Shown one piece after another: positions 9,056 through 18,717 of a DNA stretch of 64,000 nucleotides. This stretch comes from Candidatus Eiseniibacteriota bacterium (lineage in GTDB: Bacteria > Eisenbacteria > RBG-16-71-46 > DASYSL01): contig JBOHUC010000098.1 in the NCBI GenBank assembly GCA_050733935.1, positions 11,033-75,032 of the forward strand. Reading direction: 5' to 3'. Within the stretch, counting starts at the first letter, position 1, and every line of letters begins with the position of its first letter. The position numbers and the translations under genes were made by a program. The notes under the pieces are model-generated. The model saw only the letters and a list, made by a program, of their open reading frames with translations, ran no database searches and was not told where the DNA came from.

Positions 9056-9432
9056 ACCTGGAATTCATCGAGGACGGACCGAGTGGTGAGGCGCTCCTTC
9101 TTCTGTACGGGGGCGGCCCGGGGGAGGTGGCTTCGCTTCGGAGCGCTTTGCACGGCCTGTCTCAGGACGTCGGGCTCGAGCTCGCGGTGCACGACCTGCC
9201 GTTCGTGCTCACGGTCGGCAACTGTCGTCTTCGGGCAATCTCTGCGGCAAAGGATGTGGGAGTGCGGACCCGATCGCCGGCCGACTTCGAGTGGACCCTC
9301 GACCAAGAGTCGTGGCTTCAAGTCGACGATCTACTCGAGCCGTTCTGCCGGGAAACGAAAGAGGTCCGCTTTCAGTTCCTGAATCCAGGCCGGGGAACGA
9401 GGATCATCTATTCGACCACGCGCGCGTGGTAG
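9052..9432 (+). CDS. Hypothetical protein
   Basis: GTG start overlapping the stop of the methyltransferase. Diverse composition. Confidence 0.4.
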   Translation: MNLEFIEDGPSGEALLLLYGGGPGEVASLRSALHGLSQDVGLELAVHDLPFVLTVGNCRLRAISAAKDVGVRTRSPADFEWTLDQESWLQVDDLLEPFCRETKEVRFQFLNPGRGTRIIYSTTRAW

Positions 9433-9442
9433 AAACGAACGA

Positions 9443-10126
9443 ATGACTCGCACGGATCAGCGGCTCGGAATGTGGTCGGCGCGCCTCGTGGTGATCCTCG
9501 CCGTTGCATACATTCTCACCGGTTGCGCCTGGCTCCTCTTCGGGCGATCGCCAAATCCGCAAGAGCTGCAGCCAAGCGAACCCTATCTGGCGATTCTCGA
9601 AGCCCTCATCGTTCTCCTGTCACCGGTCATGATCGTCCTCATGGCGAGCATCCACGCGCATGCCGATCCCGATCGCAAGACGATGGCTCTGGTCGCTCTC
9701 GCGCACATGACGGCGTGCGCAACGCTCACGTGCGCCGTTCACTTCCTCCAACTGACAGTCGTGCGCCGGCTGCCCGTCGAGGATCCCCGCTTCTCAATTC
9801 TCCAGCTCTATCCGTGGCCCGGGCTCTCGCTCGGGCTCGACCTCATTGCCTGGGATCTCTTCTTCGGCCTCGCCATGCTGTTCGGTGCTCCGGTGTTTCG
9901 AGGAAACGGGCGGGACGCGGCCATCCGGCGCGGGATGAAACTGAGCGGGGTCCTGTGCCTGACGGGAGTGATTGCTCAGGCGACGGGCAACTTCTGGTTC
10001 CAGTATCCTGCGATCGTGGGCTATGCGTTCGTGTTTCCGGCGGTCTGTGTCCTCTTGAGCCAGTACTTCCGGCCCACGAGCAATGCGATCGCATCCGCCT
10101 CGTCGTCCCAACGCCCGCCTCAGTAG
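9443..10126 (+). CDS. Hypothetical integral membrane protein
   Basis: At least five hydrophobic segments of 20-25 aa. Confidence 0.6.
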   Translation: MTRTDQRLGMWSARLVVILAVAYILTGCAWLLFGRSPNPQELQPSEPYLAILEALIVLLSPVMIVLMASIHAHADPDRKTMALVALAHMTACATLTCAVHFLQLTVVRRLPVEDPRFSILQLYPWPGLSLGLDLIAWDLFFGLAMLFGAPVFRGNGRDAAIRRGMKLSGVLCLTGVIAQATGNFWFQYPAIVGYAFVFPAVCVLLSQYFRPTSNAIASASSSQRPPQ

Positions 10127-10150
10127 ATCAACTGGCTCAAGGAGGATTCA

Positions 10151-10519
10151 GTGGATGCATTGCGTGCCCTTTCGCTCCTGCCGTTCGTTCCGAGTGGAAC
10201 GGACTATGAGGCCAGTCGCCGACTCTTCAAGGATCTCGGTTTCGAGGAAGTGTGGGAAAACTCGGGTTATGCCGGATTCCGCAATGGTGACGCCCAGTTC
10301 ATCCTTCAGAAATACGAAGACCAGCACTTTGCCGAGAACTTCATGGTGCGCCTGAACGTGAACGATCTCGATGCCTGGTGGCACGTCGTTTCCGAGAAAC
10401 GTCTGGACGAGAAGTACCCGAAGGTCAAGATTCGCCCGCCGGAAGTCTTTCCGTGGGGACGCGAGGTCAACTTCACGGACCTCGCGGGCGTCTGCTGGCA
10501 TATCGGAGTCCAGAAGTGA
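10151..10519 (+). CDS. VOC family protein (glyoxalase/bleomycin-resistance-like)
   Basis: 122-aa ORF; 'FILQKYEDQHFAENFMVRLNVNDLDAWW' is typical of bleomycin-resistance-like VOC proteins. Confidence 0.7.
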   Translation: MDALRALSLLPFVPSGTDYEASRRLFKDLGFEEVWENSGYAGFRNGDAQFILQKYEDQHFAENFMVRLNVNDLDAWWHVVSEKRLDEKYPKVKIRPPEVFPWGREVNFTDLAGVCWHIGVQK

Positions 10520-11046
10520 AAGCCTCGGTCTTCGTTGGCACGAGTGTCGACGGATTCATCGCGCGGCTCGATGACACCCTCGACTTTCTGCCCGCGGACG
10601 GCGGTGAACCTCACGGCTTCGACGAATTCATGGCAACTGTCGATGCGCTCGTCATGGGCCGGAACACGTACGACGTCGTACTCGGGCTCGGGCCGTGGCC
10701 GTTCAACGACAAGCCGGTTTTCGTCCTGAGTTCGCGGGAGATTCCACCGCCACCGGACGCATCCGCCGGAGCCACGATCGAGTGCATGTCGGGCACTCCG
10801 GTCGAGATCGTGGCACAGCTCGAACGTCGCGGCATTCAAAGCATCTACGTGGACGGAGGACGGACCATCCAGCAGTTCCTCGAAGCTGGCCTGATCCAGC
10901 GGCTCATCGTCACACGGGTTCCCGTCCTGATCGGCACGGGGATCCCGCTCTTCGGACCCGTGCCGAAGGACGTCAAGTTGCGACACGTAAGCACTCGATC
11001 GTTCGTGAGCGGCCTGGTTCAGAGCGAATACGAGGTGATTGGTTGA
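10516..11046 (+). CDS. Dihydrofolate reductase family protein (RibD C-terminal domain, YwjB-like)
   Basis: 'KASVFVGTSVDGFIA...LVMGRNTY...FVLS...IYVDGGRTIQQFLEAGLIQRLIVTRVPVLIGTGIPLF'. GTG start overlaps the upstream stop. Confidence 0.8.
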   Translation: MKASVFVGTSVDGFIARLDDTLDFLPADGGEPHGFDEFMATVDALVMGRNTYDVVLGLGPWPFNDKPVFVLSSREIPPPPDASAGATIECMSGTPVEIVAQLERRGIQSIYVDGGRTIQQFLEAGLIQRLIVTRVPVLIGTGIPLFGPVPKDVKLRHVSTRSFVSGLVQSEYEVIG

Positions 11047-11134
11047 TCGCTCGGGAGTTGACGGCGTCCTGCCCGAGGGGCACTCTGGGTGCCCCGTCCC
11101 TGGTCAACCGCGTCTCACTACGGAGAAAAAACCA

Positions 11135-11620
11135 ATGCGCAACCTGATCGTCACGCACGCCGTTGTCGCGTTCCTTGCAGTCGGGATCACTTGCCCGCCG
11201 GGCGCCCAGGCTACCGACATGAGTCCGGAGCAGACGGCGGTCATGGCGACCATCAATCGGTTCGTCGCCGCCTTCAACAAGGGCGATGCGAAAGCCGCCA
11301 CGGCCGAGTGCGTCGACGACATGTCCATCATCGACGAGTTCCCTCCGTACGAATGGCACGGTCCCGGCACGCTCCTCAAGTGGATGGAGGATTACGGGAC
11401 GGACGCGACGAAAAACGCGATCACCGAAGGAGGCGTCACGATCGCGAAGCCGAAACACGTCGAGGTGATCGCGGATCGAGCCTACGTCGTGGTCCCCGCG
11501 AACTATGCGTACAAGAGGGCGGGCAAGCAGGTGAACCAGAACGGCTCGATGATGGCGCTAACCCTGCACAAGATCGACGCGGGCTGGCGCATCACCGGAT
11601 GGTCGTGGGCCAGGAAGTAG
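11135..11620 (+). CDS. Secreted NTF2-like (DUF4440/SnoaL-like) protein
   Basis: Signal peptide 'MRNLIVTHAVVAFLAVGITCPPGAQA', then 'INRFVAAFNKGDAKAA'. Confidence 0.7.
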   Translation: MRNLIVTHAVVAFLAVGITCPPGAQATDMSPEQTAVMATINRFVAAFNKGDAKAATAECVDDMSIIDEFPPYEWHGPGTLLKWMEDYGTDATKNAITEGGVTIAKPKHVEVIADRAYVVVPANYAYKRAGKQVNQNGSMMALTLHKIDAGWRITGWSWARK

Positions 11621-11626
11621 CGACGA

Positions 11627-12268
11627 ATGATCCCGGCGATCGAGGCGCTCGAGCGCCTCCGTGACGGCAACCGACGCTTCGTCGCGAACCAGTCGACGGC
11701 CGCCGAAACCTCGAGCCATGCGCACCGCGTGTCTCTCGTCGGCGGCCAGGAGCCGTTCGCGATCGTTCTCGGCTGCTCGGACTCCCGGGTGCCGGCCGAG
11801 CTCGTGTTCGACCAGGGCTTCGGGGACCTCTTCGTCATTCGAGTCGCGGGCAACGTCGTGGCACCTTCACAGATTGGAAGTGTCGAGTTCGCGGCGTCGC
11901 GCTTCGACACCCGTCTCGTGGTCGTCGTGGGTCACACGCAGTGTGGCGCGGTTGCGGCGACGCTCGAGGAGCTTCAGGGGCGTTCGACCACGCAATCGCG
12001 GAATCTCCGCTCGATCGTGGACCTCGTTCGCCCGCCGGTCGAAGCGCTGCTCGGCACGCATCCGGTCGGGGATCCGGAGGCGCTCATGCACGAGGCCGTT
12101 CGGGCCAACGTCCGTGCCGGTGTCGATCATCTGCGGCATGGCTCGGAGCTCCTCGAGCAGTTGATTCGCGATGACGGGTTTCTCGTCGTCGGTGCGGAGT
12201 ACTCGCTCGAATCGGGCGTCGTGACGTTCTTCGAAGGAGCTGCGGAGCCCAATCGGGCAGTGACGTGA
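11627..12268 (+). CDS. Beta-class carbonic anhydrase
   Basis: Zinc-ligand motifs 'LGCSDSRV' and 'GHTQCGAV', plus 'FVIRVAGN'. Confidence 0.85.
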   Translation: MIPAIEALERLRDGNRRFVANQSTAAETSSHAHRVSLVGGQEPFAIVLGCSDSRVPAELVFDQGFGDLFVIRVAGNVVAPSQIGSVEFAASRFDTRLVVVVGHTQCGAVAATLEELQGRSTTQSRNLRSIVDLVRPPVEALLGTHPVGDPEALMHEAVRANVRAGVDHLRHGSELLEQLIRDDGFLVVGAEYSLESGVVTFFEGAAEPNRAVT

Positions 12269-12612
12269 GGATCGGTTCGATCGTGATCCGCTGTCATGAA
12301 TTCGATCGGATGCTCGCGTTCTGGCAGGACGCACTCCACTACGTGCCCCGGGAGCCCGCGGAGGCCGGCTGGGCCGTGCTGCGCGATCCCGAGGGGCGCG
12401 GTCCGAACTTGTCTCTGGATCGGGCCCCAGCGCGCCGCTTGCAAGGCAGGAGCTGGATCCACCTCGACCTCTATGCGAATGATCAGGAGGCCGAGGTGGA
12501 GCGACTCGTCGGGCTCGGAGCAAGACGCTATCCGTGGCGGTATCCTTCCGACGCCGACTACGTCGTCCTCGAAGACCCCGACGGGAATCTCTTCTGCGTC
12601 GTTCAAACGTAG
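12265..12612 (+). CDS. VOC family protein
   Basis: GTG start overlaps the stop of the carbonic anhydrase. 115 aa with glyoxalase-fold pattern 'IVIRCHEFDRMLAFWQDALHY'. Confidence 0.65.
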   Translation: MRIGSIVIRCHEFDRMLAFWQDALHYVPREPAEAGWAVLRDPEGRGPNLSLDRAPARRLQGRSWIHLDLYANDQEAEVERLVGLGARRYPWRYPSDADYVVLEDPDGNLFCVVQT

Positions 12613-12621
12613 GCCTTTCAG

Positions 12622-13425
12622 ATGCCAGACCGCGTCGATCTCTTCTACAACACGTACGGCCACTTCACCGAGAAGGTGCTCGACACGATCCGGAAGGAGA
12701 CGTACGGCACGGACATCGGTCAGAACAGCTGGCTCACCGTCGACGAATACGAACGGTGGCTGCCCGAGCTCGACCTGGGTCCGGGCCGTCATCTCCTCGA
12801 GGTTGCAAGCGGGTCCGGCGGACCCGCGGTCTACGTGGCGCGTACGACGCGATGCCACATCACCGGCATCGATGCGAACGAAAACGGTGTCGCTACGGCG
12901 GCCCGCACGGCGGACGTGGCCGGCCAGACGCACAGCGTAAGCTTTCGCGTGGCCGACGCGACTGCGCCGCTTCCGTTCGAGGACGACTCGTTCGATGCGT
13001 TGCTCTGCATTGACTCGATGAACCACTTCCCGGACCGGCTCGCCGTGCTCCGGGAATGGCGTCGCGTTCTTCGCAAGGGGCGGCGGGCCCGCTTCACGGA
13101 CCCGGTCGTCATCACGGGCCCGATCACGAACGACGAGATCGCACTCCGAAGTTCGATCGGCCACTTTCTCTTCGTGCCGGCGGGCGTGAACGATCAGCTC
13201 ATCGAACAGGCCGGGTTTAGACTCGTCCGGCAGGAGGATGTCTCGGAGAACGCGGCCCGCGTCGCCGGCCGGTGGCACCGCTCGCGACAGGCGCACCGAA
13301 GAGAGCTGCTCGAGATCGAGGGCGACGAGCGTTTTGAGGGCGTGCAGCGGTTCCTCGAGGCGGTGGAAACTCTCACGAGCCGGAGACAACTCTCGCGCAT
13401 CGCGTACCTGGTCGAGAAGCCCTGA
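12622..13425 (+). CDS. Class I SAM-dependent methyltransferase
   Basis: 'LLEVASGSGGPAVYVA' motif I, 'LLCIDSMNHF', 'RVLRKGRR'. Confidence 0.75.
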   Translation: MPDRVDLFYNTYGHFTEKVLDTIRKETYGTDIGQNSWLTVDEYERWLPELDLGPGRHLLEVASGSGGPAVYVARTTRCHITGIDANENGVATAARTADVAGQTHSVSFRVADATAPLPFEDDSFDALLCIDSMNHFPDRLAVLREWRRVLRKGRRARFTDPVVITGPITNDEIALRSSIGHFLFVPAGVNDQLIEQAGFRLVRQEDVSENAARVAGRWHRSRQAHRRELLEIEGDERFEGVQRFLEAVETLTSRRQLSRIAYLVEKP

Positions 13426-13438
13426 AGGGGGAAGCCTC

Positions 13439-13924
13439 ATGGCGGAATACAAAGCGGTCGTCACGTGGAAGCGCGACGGCGCACGATTCATCGACAACCG
13501 TTACAGCCGCGGGCATCGCTGGCAGTTCGACGGCGGCATCGAGGTCCCGGCATCCGCGTCCCCGCACGTCGTGCCGCTCCCGATGTCCGTCGCGGCGGCC
13601 GTCGATCCCGAGGAGGCGTTTGTCGCAAGCCTCTCGAGCTGTCACATGCTGTTCTTCCTTTCGATCGCGGCGAAGCGTGGCTTCGTCGTCGAGGCGTATC
13701 GTGACGAGGCTGTGGGCGTGCTCGAGAGGGATGCCTCCGGCAAGATGTGGATGGCGCGCGTGACGCTCCGTCCGGAGGTTAAGTTCGACGCCGACAGCCG
13801 GCCCAGCGAGGACGTTCAGACGGCGATCCACCACGAGTCCCACGACGAGTGCTTCATCGCGCGGTCGGTCAAGACCGACGTCCGATGTGAGCCGATCTGG
13901 GATCGTCCCCTCGCGCAGGCTTGA
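13439..13924 (+). CDS. OsmC family peroxiredoxin-like protein
   Basis: 'EEAFVASLSSCHMLFFLSIAAKRG' and '...ESHDECFIARSV' carry the conserved Cys pair of OsmC/Ohr. Strong Shine-Dalgarno-like sequence. Confidence 0.8.
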   Translation: MAEYKAVVTWKRDGARFIDNRYSRGHRWQFDGGIEVPASASPHVVPLPMSVAAAVDPEEAFVASLSSCHMLFFLSIAAKRGFVVEAYRDEAVGVLERDASGKMWMARVTLRPEVKFDADSRPSEDVQTAIHHESHDECFIARSVKTDVRCEPIWDRPLAQA

Positions 13925-13958
13925 GCGATCGCCGTTCGCGCACCGTGGAGGAGCTTCA

Positions 13959-14348
13959 ATGAAGGACCTGGCGATTGAGCTTCCGAACCGACCGGGCGCA
14001 CTCGCCGAAATGGGAGAAGCGCTGGGACGCGCCGGCGTGAGCATCGAAGGCGGAGGCGCCTGGGTCGTCGAGGATCGCGGCATTGCGCACTTTCTCTTCG
14101 AAGATGGCGTCGCCGCGCGCAAGGCGCTCGAAGCGTCCGGAATCCGCGTGCTCGACGAGCGCGAGGTGATCGTGCAGCGGCTCAAGCAGGCGGTGCCCGG
14201 ACAGCTCGGCCTGCTCACCCGCCGCATGGCCGACGCCGGCGTGAACATCGAGGTGCTCTACAGCGATCACGACCATCAATTGATTCTCGTGGTCGACGAT
14301 CCCGCGAAGGCGCGCAAGGTGTCCGAGGAGTGGGCATGCTCTACATGA
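13959..14348 (+). CDS. ACT domain-containing protein
   Basis: 'MKDLAIELPNRPGALAEMGEALGRAGVSIEG' is a typical ACT beta-alpha-beta start. GGAGGAG Shine-Dalgarno-like sequence upstream. Confidence 0.65.
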   Translation: MKDLAIELPNRPGALAEMGEALGRAGVSIEGGGAWVVEDRGIAHFLFEDGVAARKALEASGIRVLDEREVIVQRLKQAVPGQLGLLTRRMADAGVNIEVLYSDHDHQLILVVDDPAKARKVSEEWACST

Positions 14349-14605
14349 TTCTCGAGCACTTCAAGGGCGACCGCGTGCCCGTGTATCGAAGGTTTCGGGA
14401 CCAGGGGCGCCTGGCTCCTGACGGGCTGCGCTACGTCCAGAGTTGGGTCACCGCGGACCTCCAGCGCTGCTATCAGGTGATGGAGTGCGACGATCCGGCG
14501 CTTCTCGAGGAGTGGATGGCCCGATGGCGGGATCTGGTCGATTTCGAGGTGATTCCCGTCGTGTCCTCATCCGAAGCCTCCGCGGCCCTGGCCCCTCGAC
14601 TATGA
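14336..14605 (+). CDS. DUF3303 family protein
   Basis: 'MLYMILEHFKGDRVPVYRRFRDQGRLAPDGLRYVQSWVTADLQRCYQVME' pattern. ATG overlaps the upstream stop with a well-spaced Shine-Dalgarno-like sequence. Confidence 0.55.
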   Translation: MLYMILEHFKGDRVPVYRRFRDQGRLAPDGLRYVQSWVTADLQRCYQVMECDDPALLEEWMARWRDLVDFEVIPVVSSSEASAALAPRL

Positions 14606-14641
14606 TGGGGGAAGCCCCACATTCGAATCGGAGGTGTTCCC

Positions 14642-15148
14642 ATGGCGAAGAAGGCAAGGAAGTCGGTGAAATCGGCAAGGAAGTCCGCAACGCGGCCCGC
14701 ACGGCCGGCGCGGAGCCAGCGCAAAGTTCTCGCCCGGTCGTCCGCGCCACGCGCACGACGCGCGAGCGAAACGAAATCTGTGTCGAGGAAGGAGCTCAAC
14801 GGCTGGATCACGCACACCGATCTCGCGAGTGACGATCCCGTTGCCACGAAAGCGTGGTGTGCCAAGGTTCTCGGCTGGACGTTCAAGCCGAGCATGATGA
14901 TGCCCGAGGGCGAGTACCACCTGTTCATGTACTCCAATAAGGGCGGAGGCGGCATTCATCAGACCGGGCCCTCCGAATCGCCCGGCACTCTCCCGTACGT
15001 TTCCGTGCCGGATACAACCCGTGTGTTCGACAAGGCGATTCGCGAAGGCGCCGAGGAGATCATGGCGCCCAATCGCATGGGGAACGGGATCACGCTTGCG
15101 ATCGTTCGCGCTCCGGGCGGCGTCGCGATTGGAATTGCAGGGCCCTAG
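14642..15148 (+). CDS. VOC family protein with a 50-aa Lys/Arg-rich N-terminal tail
   Basis: C-terminal 115 aa are a PhnB-like VOC domain. The N-terminus 'MAKKARKSVKSARKSATRPARPARSQRKVLARSSAPRARRASETKSVSRK' is histone-tail-like. GGAGG Shine-Dalgarno-like sequence. Confidence 0.65.
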   Translation: MAKKARKSVKSARKSATRPARPARSQRKVLARSSAPRARRASETKSVSRKELNGWITHTDLASDDPVATKAWCAKVLGWTFKPSMMMPEGEYHLFMYSNKGGGGIHQTGPSESPGTLPYVSVPDTTRVFDKAIREGAEEIMAPNRMGNGITLAIVRAPGGVAIGIAGP

Positions 15149-15194
15149 TCTTCCGGACTGCCCGCGGCCGTCCAGGAACCGAAGGAGTCGATCA

Positions 15195-15482
15195 ATGGAG
15201 CGCACGAGTCCGACCACGCCGATCATGTGGGTTCCTAGTATGGACGTCTTCTTGAGCCACTGGTTCCCGCAATACGACGAGGCGCGCAGGTTCTTGGACG
15301 CCGAGGGCGGGTATCTCTTCCCGTACCAGCATCAGTACTACGTGACGACGGCCGAGGCCGTGCGCAAACTCGGGTTGGATCCGTCCGATCCCGACTGGGA
15401 GCGGATCGGGTTCGACTGGGTGCGCCCGGCCGACGCAGGGGCCTGGGAGCGGCTGCGTCTCGCACGCGAAATCGCGTTCTGA
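15195..15482 (+). CDS. Hypothetical protein
   Basis: GAAGGAG Shine-Dalgarno-like sequence 6 nt upstream of ATG. 95 aa, Trp/Tyr-rich with diverse composition. Confidence 0.45.
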   Translation: MERTSPTTPIMWVPSMDVFLSHWFPQYDEARRFLDAEGGYLFPYQHQYYVTTAEAVRKLGLDPSDPDWERIGFDWVRPADAGAWERLRLAREIAF

Positions 15483-15499
15483 TTGCCGGCGAGTCGACG

Positions 15500-15928
15500 A
15501 TGAAGAAGACCGTGACCGCATCCGCTGCATCCACCGCATCACAGCTTCGCGCGTATTTCGCCGCATTGCCGCCCGATGCGCGCAAGCGCCTCCGATTGAT
15601 GCGTGAGGAGATTCGCGCGATGGCTCCGGACGCAGTCGAAGTGATCAGCTACAAGATTCCGGCGTTTCGACTCGATGGGAAGATGCTCGTCTGGTACGCG
15701 GCCTGGAAACACCACACGAGCCTCTACGCGATCACGACGGCCATCAAGCACGTCCACGCGACCGAGCTCGAGGGCTACGAAACGTCCAAAGGAACGGTTC
15801 GGTTTCCTCTCGCCGAGCCGTTGCCCACGACGCTCCTCAAGCGTCTCGTGAAGGCGCGCATCGACGAAGTGCGCGTGGAAGCCCCAAAGCGACTCGTCCG
15901 GCGCTCCGTTCGAAAGAAGGCGAAATAG
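15500..15928 (+). CDS. DUF1801 domain protein (YdhG-like)
   Basis: '...[30 protein letters not shown]...' matches the YdhG/DUF1801 pattern. Confidence 0.7.
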   Translation: MKKTVTASAASTASQLRAYFAALPPDARKRLRLMREEIRAMAPDAVEVISYKIPAFRLDGKMLVWYAAWKHHTSLYAITTAIKHVHATELEGYETSKGTVRFPLAEPLPTTLLKRLVKARIDEVRVEAPKRLVRRSVRKKAK

Positions 15929-16027
15929 TCGTAGAGCCGGAGTCGGGAAACCGGGGTACAATCGCAAAGTGCACCGGCGCACTATGGACGCCGGAGAACG
16001 TGACGACCCTCGACACGGATCCTACTG

Positions 16028-17107
16028 ATGCGTATTCCCACCGAGCCCATTGGCAGCATTCCAAGACCTCACAAACTGATCGAGGCGTTCATGCACGCCG
16101 ACGGAACGAGCCCGTCGCTCGATCCGCTCTACGACCAGGCCATTCGGGAGACGATTCAGCAATTCGAAGCCACGGGCTCGCCGGTGATCACCGACGGGGA
16201 GCAGAAGAAGTACCACAACTTTTGGACGTACTGCGTGCAGGGCCTCGCGAACACCGTGCCCGACGGCTTCAGGCTTCCATTTGCGAACGGCCACGTGCGC
16301 CGGATGCCGCGACTGACCGGCGGGCCGTTCAAATTCCGCAGATACGCCGGCGGCTATCTGGACGTGGCCCAGAAGTACGCGAAGGTCGCCATCAAGCAGG
16401 CGGTCATCTCGCCTTCGGCCCTGAGCCTTCTGTATCCCGAGAAGGAGATCGCAGGCTACAGCCGCGAGGCGTTCCTCGACGACCTCCTGAGCGAGCACGA
16501 AAAGGAAGTTCGGACGTGTCTAAGGAAGGGTGCTCACAGCGTGCAGATCGACTTCACGGAAGGGCGCCTGGCCGTCAAGCTCGATCCCACGGGCCATCTC
16601 CTGCACAGCTTCATTGACCTCAACAACCTCGCGCTCGACCGATTCAGTGCGGAGGAACGGAAGAAGATCGGCGTGCACACGTGCCCGGGCGCGGATTGCG
16701 ATTCGACCCACAGCGCCGACGTCGACTACGCAGAGCTCCTGCCGAGCCTGTTCGATCTCAAGGTGGGGAACTTCTACATCGCGCTCGCGGGCGAGCCGGA
16801 TCGGGAGCGCGTCCTCAAGATCATCGGAGACCACTTGAAGCCCAACCAGCGCGTGTTCATCGGCGTCGTCGCGCCGATCGACCCGCGCATCGAAACACCG
16901 GAGGAAGTGCGCGATCGCACGCTCGAGGCGGCCCGCTACATTCCGGTCGCACAGCTCGGGACCACGGACGACTGCGGCTTCGCTCCATTCTCCGACGACA
17001 CATCAACGAGCCGTGCCACCGCGTTCGCCAAGATCCGGGCCCGCGTGCTGGGCACGGCGCTCGCCGCCGAGATCCTGGAGAAGGCGGAGATTCTGGAGAA
17101 GGGCTGA
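16028..17107 (+). CDS. Cobalamin-independent methionine synthase (MetE) C-terminal-domain-like protein
   Basis: 'MRIPTEPIGSIPRP', 'ITDGEQ', 'IQIDF', 'HTCPG...C' (zinc ligands), 'DCGFAPF'. Confidence 0.75.
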   Translation: MRIPTEPIGSIPRPHKLIEAFMHADGTSPSLDPLYDQAIRETIQQFEATGSPVITDGEQKKYHNFWTYCVQGLANTVPDGFRLPFANGHVRRMPRLTGGPFKFRRYAGGYLDVAQKYAKVAIKQAVISPSALSLLYPEKEIAGYSREAFLDDLLSEHEKEVRTCLRKGAHSVQIDFTEGRLAVKLDPTGHLLHSFIDLNNLALDRFSAEERKKIGVHTCPGADCDSTHSADVDYAELLPSLFDLKVGNFYIALAGEPDRERVLKIIGDHLKPNQRVFIGVVAPIDPRIETPEEVRDRTLEAARYIPVAQLGTTDDCGFAPFSDDTSTSRATAFAKIRARVLGTALAAEILEKAEILEKG

Positions 17108-18699
17108 TGGTCGATCGCGAAGACGACGACGAAGACGAAGACGCTCTCCTTCGCTCCGTCGCATTGCAGAACGCCCAGAGCGTGCGTCGCGCGCGCCAGC
17201 GCGCGGACGATGCGCTCCGCGATAGCGAACGCAGACTCCAGTTCGTTCTCGATTCCGTCCCGCAGAAGATCTTCACCGCCCGGCCGAACGGCGACCTGGA
17301 CTATGCGAATCCGCAGTGGACCGAGTTCATCGGGGTTCCGTTCGAGCGGCTTCAGGACCGCGGCTGGATGCAGTTCGTTCACCCGGAGGATGCCTCCGCA
17401 ACCATCCGGGCCTGGCGGCGATCCATCGATACGGGCGAACCCTTCCAGTTCGAGCTGCGCTTTCAGGATGCGGAGGGCCGGTATCGCTGGCACCTGAGCC
17501 GGGCCGTGCCGCTACGGGATGACGAGGGCGCGATCGTCATGTGGGTCGGCTCGAACACGGACGTGCACGAGGTGAAGGAAGCGGATCGTCGCAAGAACGA
17601 GTTCATAGCGATGCTCGCCCACGAGCTGCGCAATCCTCTCGCGCCCATCGGAAATGCGCTCAAGGTCCTGCGCAAGGCCCAGGGGAACCGCGAGGCGGTC
17701 GAATCCGCGACCGAGATGATGGAGCGCCAGGTCGCCCAGATGGTCCGCCTGGTGGACGATCTGCTCGATGCGAGCCGCGTGAGCCGGGGCAGGATCGAGC
17801 TTCGCCGGAGCCGGATCGATCTCCTCTCCGCGGTGAACGACGCCGTGGAAGCCTCGCGCGAGCTGTGCCGGAGCCTGAACCACGAGCTCGAGGTTTTGCT
17901 GCCCGACGGGCCGCTTCACCTCGAGGCCGACCCCCTTAGGCTCACGCAGGTGGTCGGCAATCTCCTCAACAATGCCTGCAAGTTCACGAACCAGGGCGGG
18001 CACATCCGGCTCACGGTCGCGCGCGAAGGGAACGAAGCGGTGATCCGGGTGCGGGACAACGGCATCGGCATTGCCGCCGATCAGAGGACCTGCATCTTCG
18101 ACATGTTCATGCAGGTCGACACGTCGCTCGAGCGCACGGTGAGCGGGCTCGGGATCGGGCTCACGCTCGTGAAAAACCTGGTCGAGCTGCACGGCGGAAC
18201 GGTGGAAGTGGAGAGCGGCGGCCCGGGACAGGGCAGCGAGTTCATCGTGCGGCTGCCCATTTCAGTGGACGCGGCGAAAGCGCCGGAATCGCCGGAAGCC
18301 GCGACGCCGGCTCCCAGGCCCGCGGTCGTGAAGGGCTGCAGAATTCTGGTCGTGGAGGACAACCAGGACTCGGCGGCGTCGCTCGCGATGTTCCTCAAGC
18401 TCTCGGGCAACGAGACGCTCATTGCCTGCGACGGCCTCGAGGCCGTCGAGTCGACGGAGGCGTTCAGGCCCGACGTCGTGCTGCTCGATCTCGGTCTGCC
18501 CCGGCTCAACGGCTACGAGGTGGCGCGCAAGATTCGCGAGCAGCCGTGGGGAAGGGACATCGTGCTCGTGGCCCTGACGGGCTGGGGACAGGACGCGGAC
18601 CGGGCCAAGTCTCAGGAAGCCGGATTCGACGCGCACCTCGTGAAGCCCGTGGACTTCGGCGCTCTCACAAAACTCCTCGCTTCGCGCACGCGCCCCTAG
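17107..18699 (+). CDS. Hybrid sensor histidine kinase / response regulator (PAS-HisKA-HATPase_c-REC)
   Basis: PAS 'PEDASATIRAWRRSIDTGEPFQFELRFQDAEGRYRW'; H-box 'MLAHELRNPLAPI'; N/G boxes 'LLNNACKFT' and 'DNGIGI'; receiver 'ILVVEDNQDSA...DVVLLDLGLP...LVKP'. Confidence 0.85.
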   Translation: MVDREDDDEDEDALLRSVALQNAQSVRRARQRADDALRDSERRLQFVLDSVPQKIFTARPNGDLDYANPQWTEFIGVPFERLQDRGWMQFVHPEDASATIRAWRRSIDTGEPFQFELRFQDAEGRYRWHLSRAVPLRDDEGAIVMWVGSNTDVHEVKEADRRKNEFIAMLAHELRNPLAPIGNALKVLRKAQGNREAVESATEMMERQVAQMVRLVDDLLDASRVSRGRIELRRSRIDLLSAVNDAVEASRELCRSLNHELEVLLPDGPLHLEADPLRLTQVVGNLLNNACKFTNQGGHIRLTVAREGNEAVIRVRDNGIGIAADQRTCIFDMFMQVDTSLERTVSGLGIGLTLVKNLVELHGGTVEVESGGPGQGSEFIVRLPISVDAAKAPESPEAATPAPRPAVVKGCRILVVEDNQDSAASLAMFLKLSGNETLIACDGLEAVESTEAFRPDVVLLDLGLPRLNGYEVARKIREQPWGRDIVLVALTGWGQDADRAKSQEAGFDAHLVKPVDFGALTKLLASRTRP

Positions 18700-18717
18700 A
18701 CGAATCCGAAGCTGTAA

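Noticed and set aside
16681-18699. Long N-terminal extensions of ORF-track entries: 16681..18699 (672 aa), 36642..38333 (563 aa), 2320..3201, 1578..2549 and 8066..9055
   Set aside because: The upstream portions overlap the preceding real gene in another frame and are Arg-rich low-complexity. Internal starts, mostly overlapping the upstream stop codon, give family-typical N-termini.
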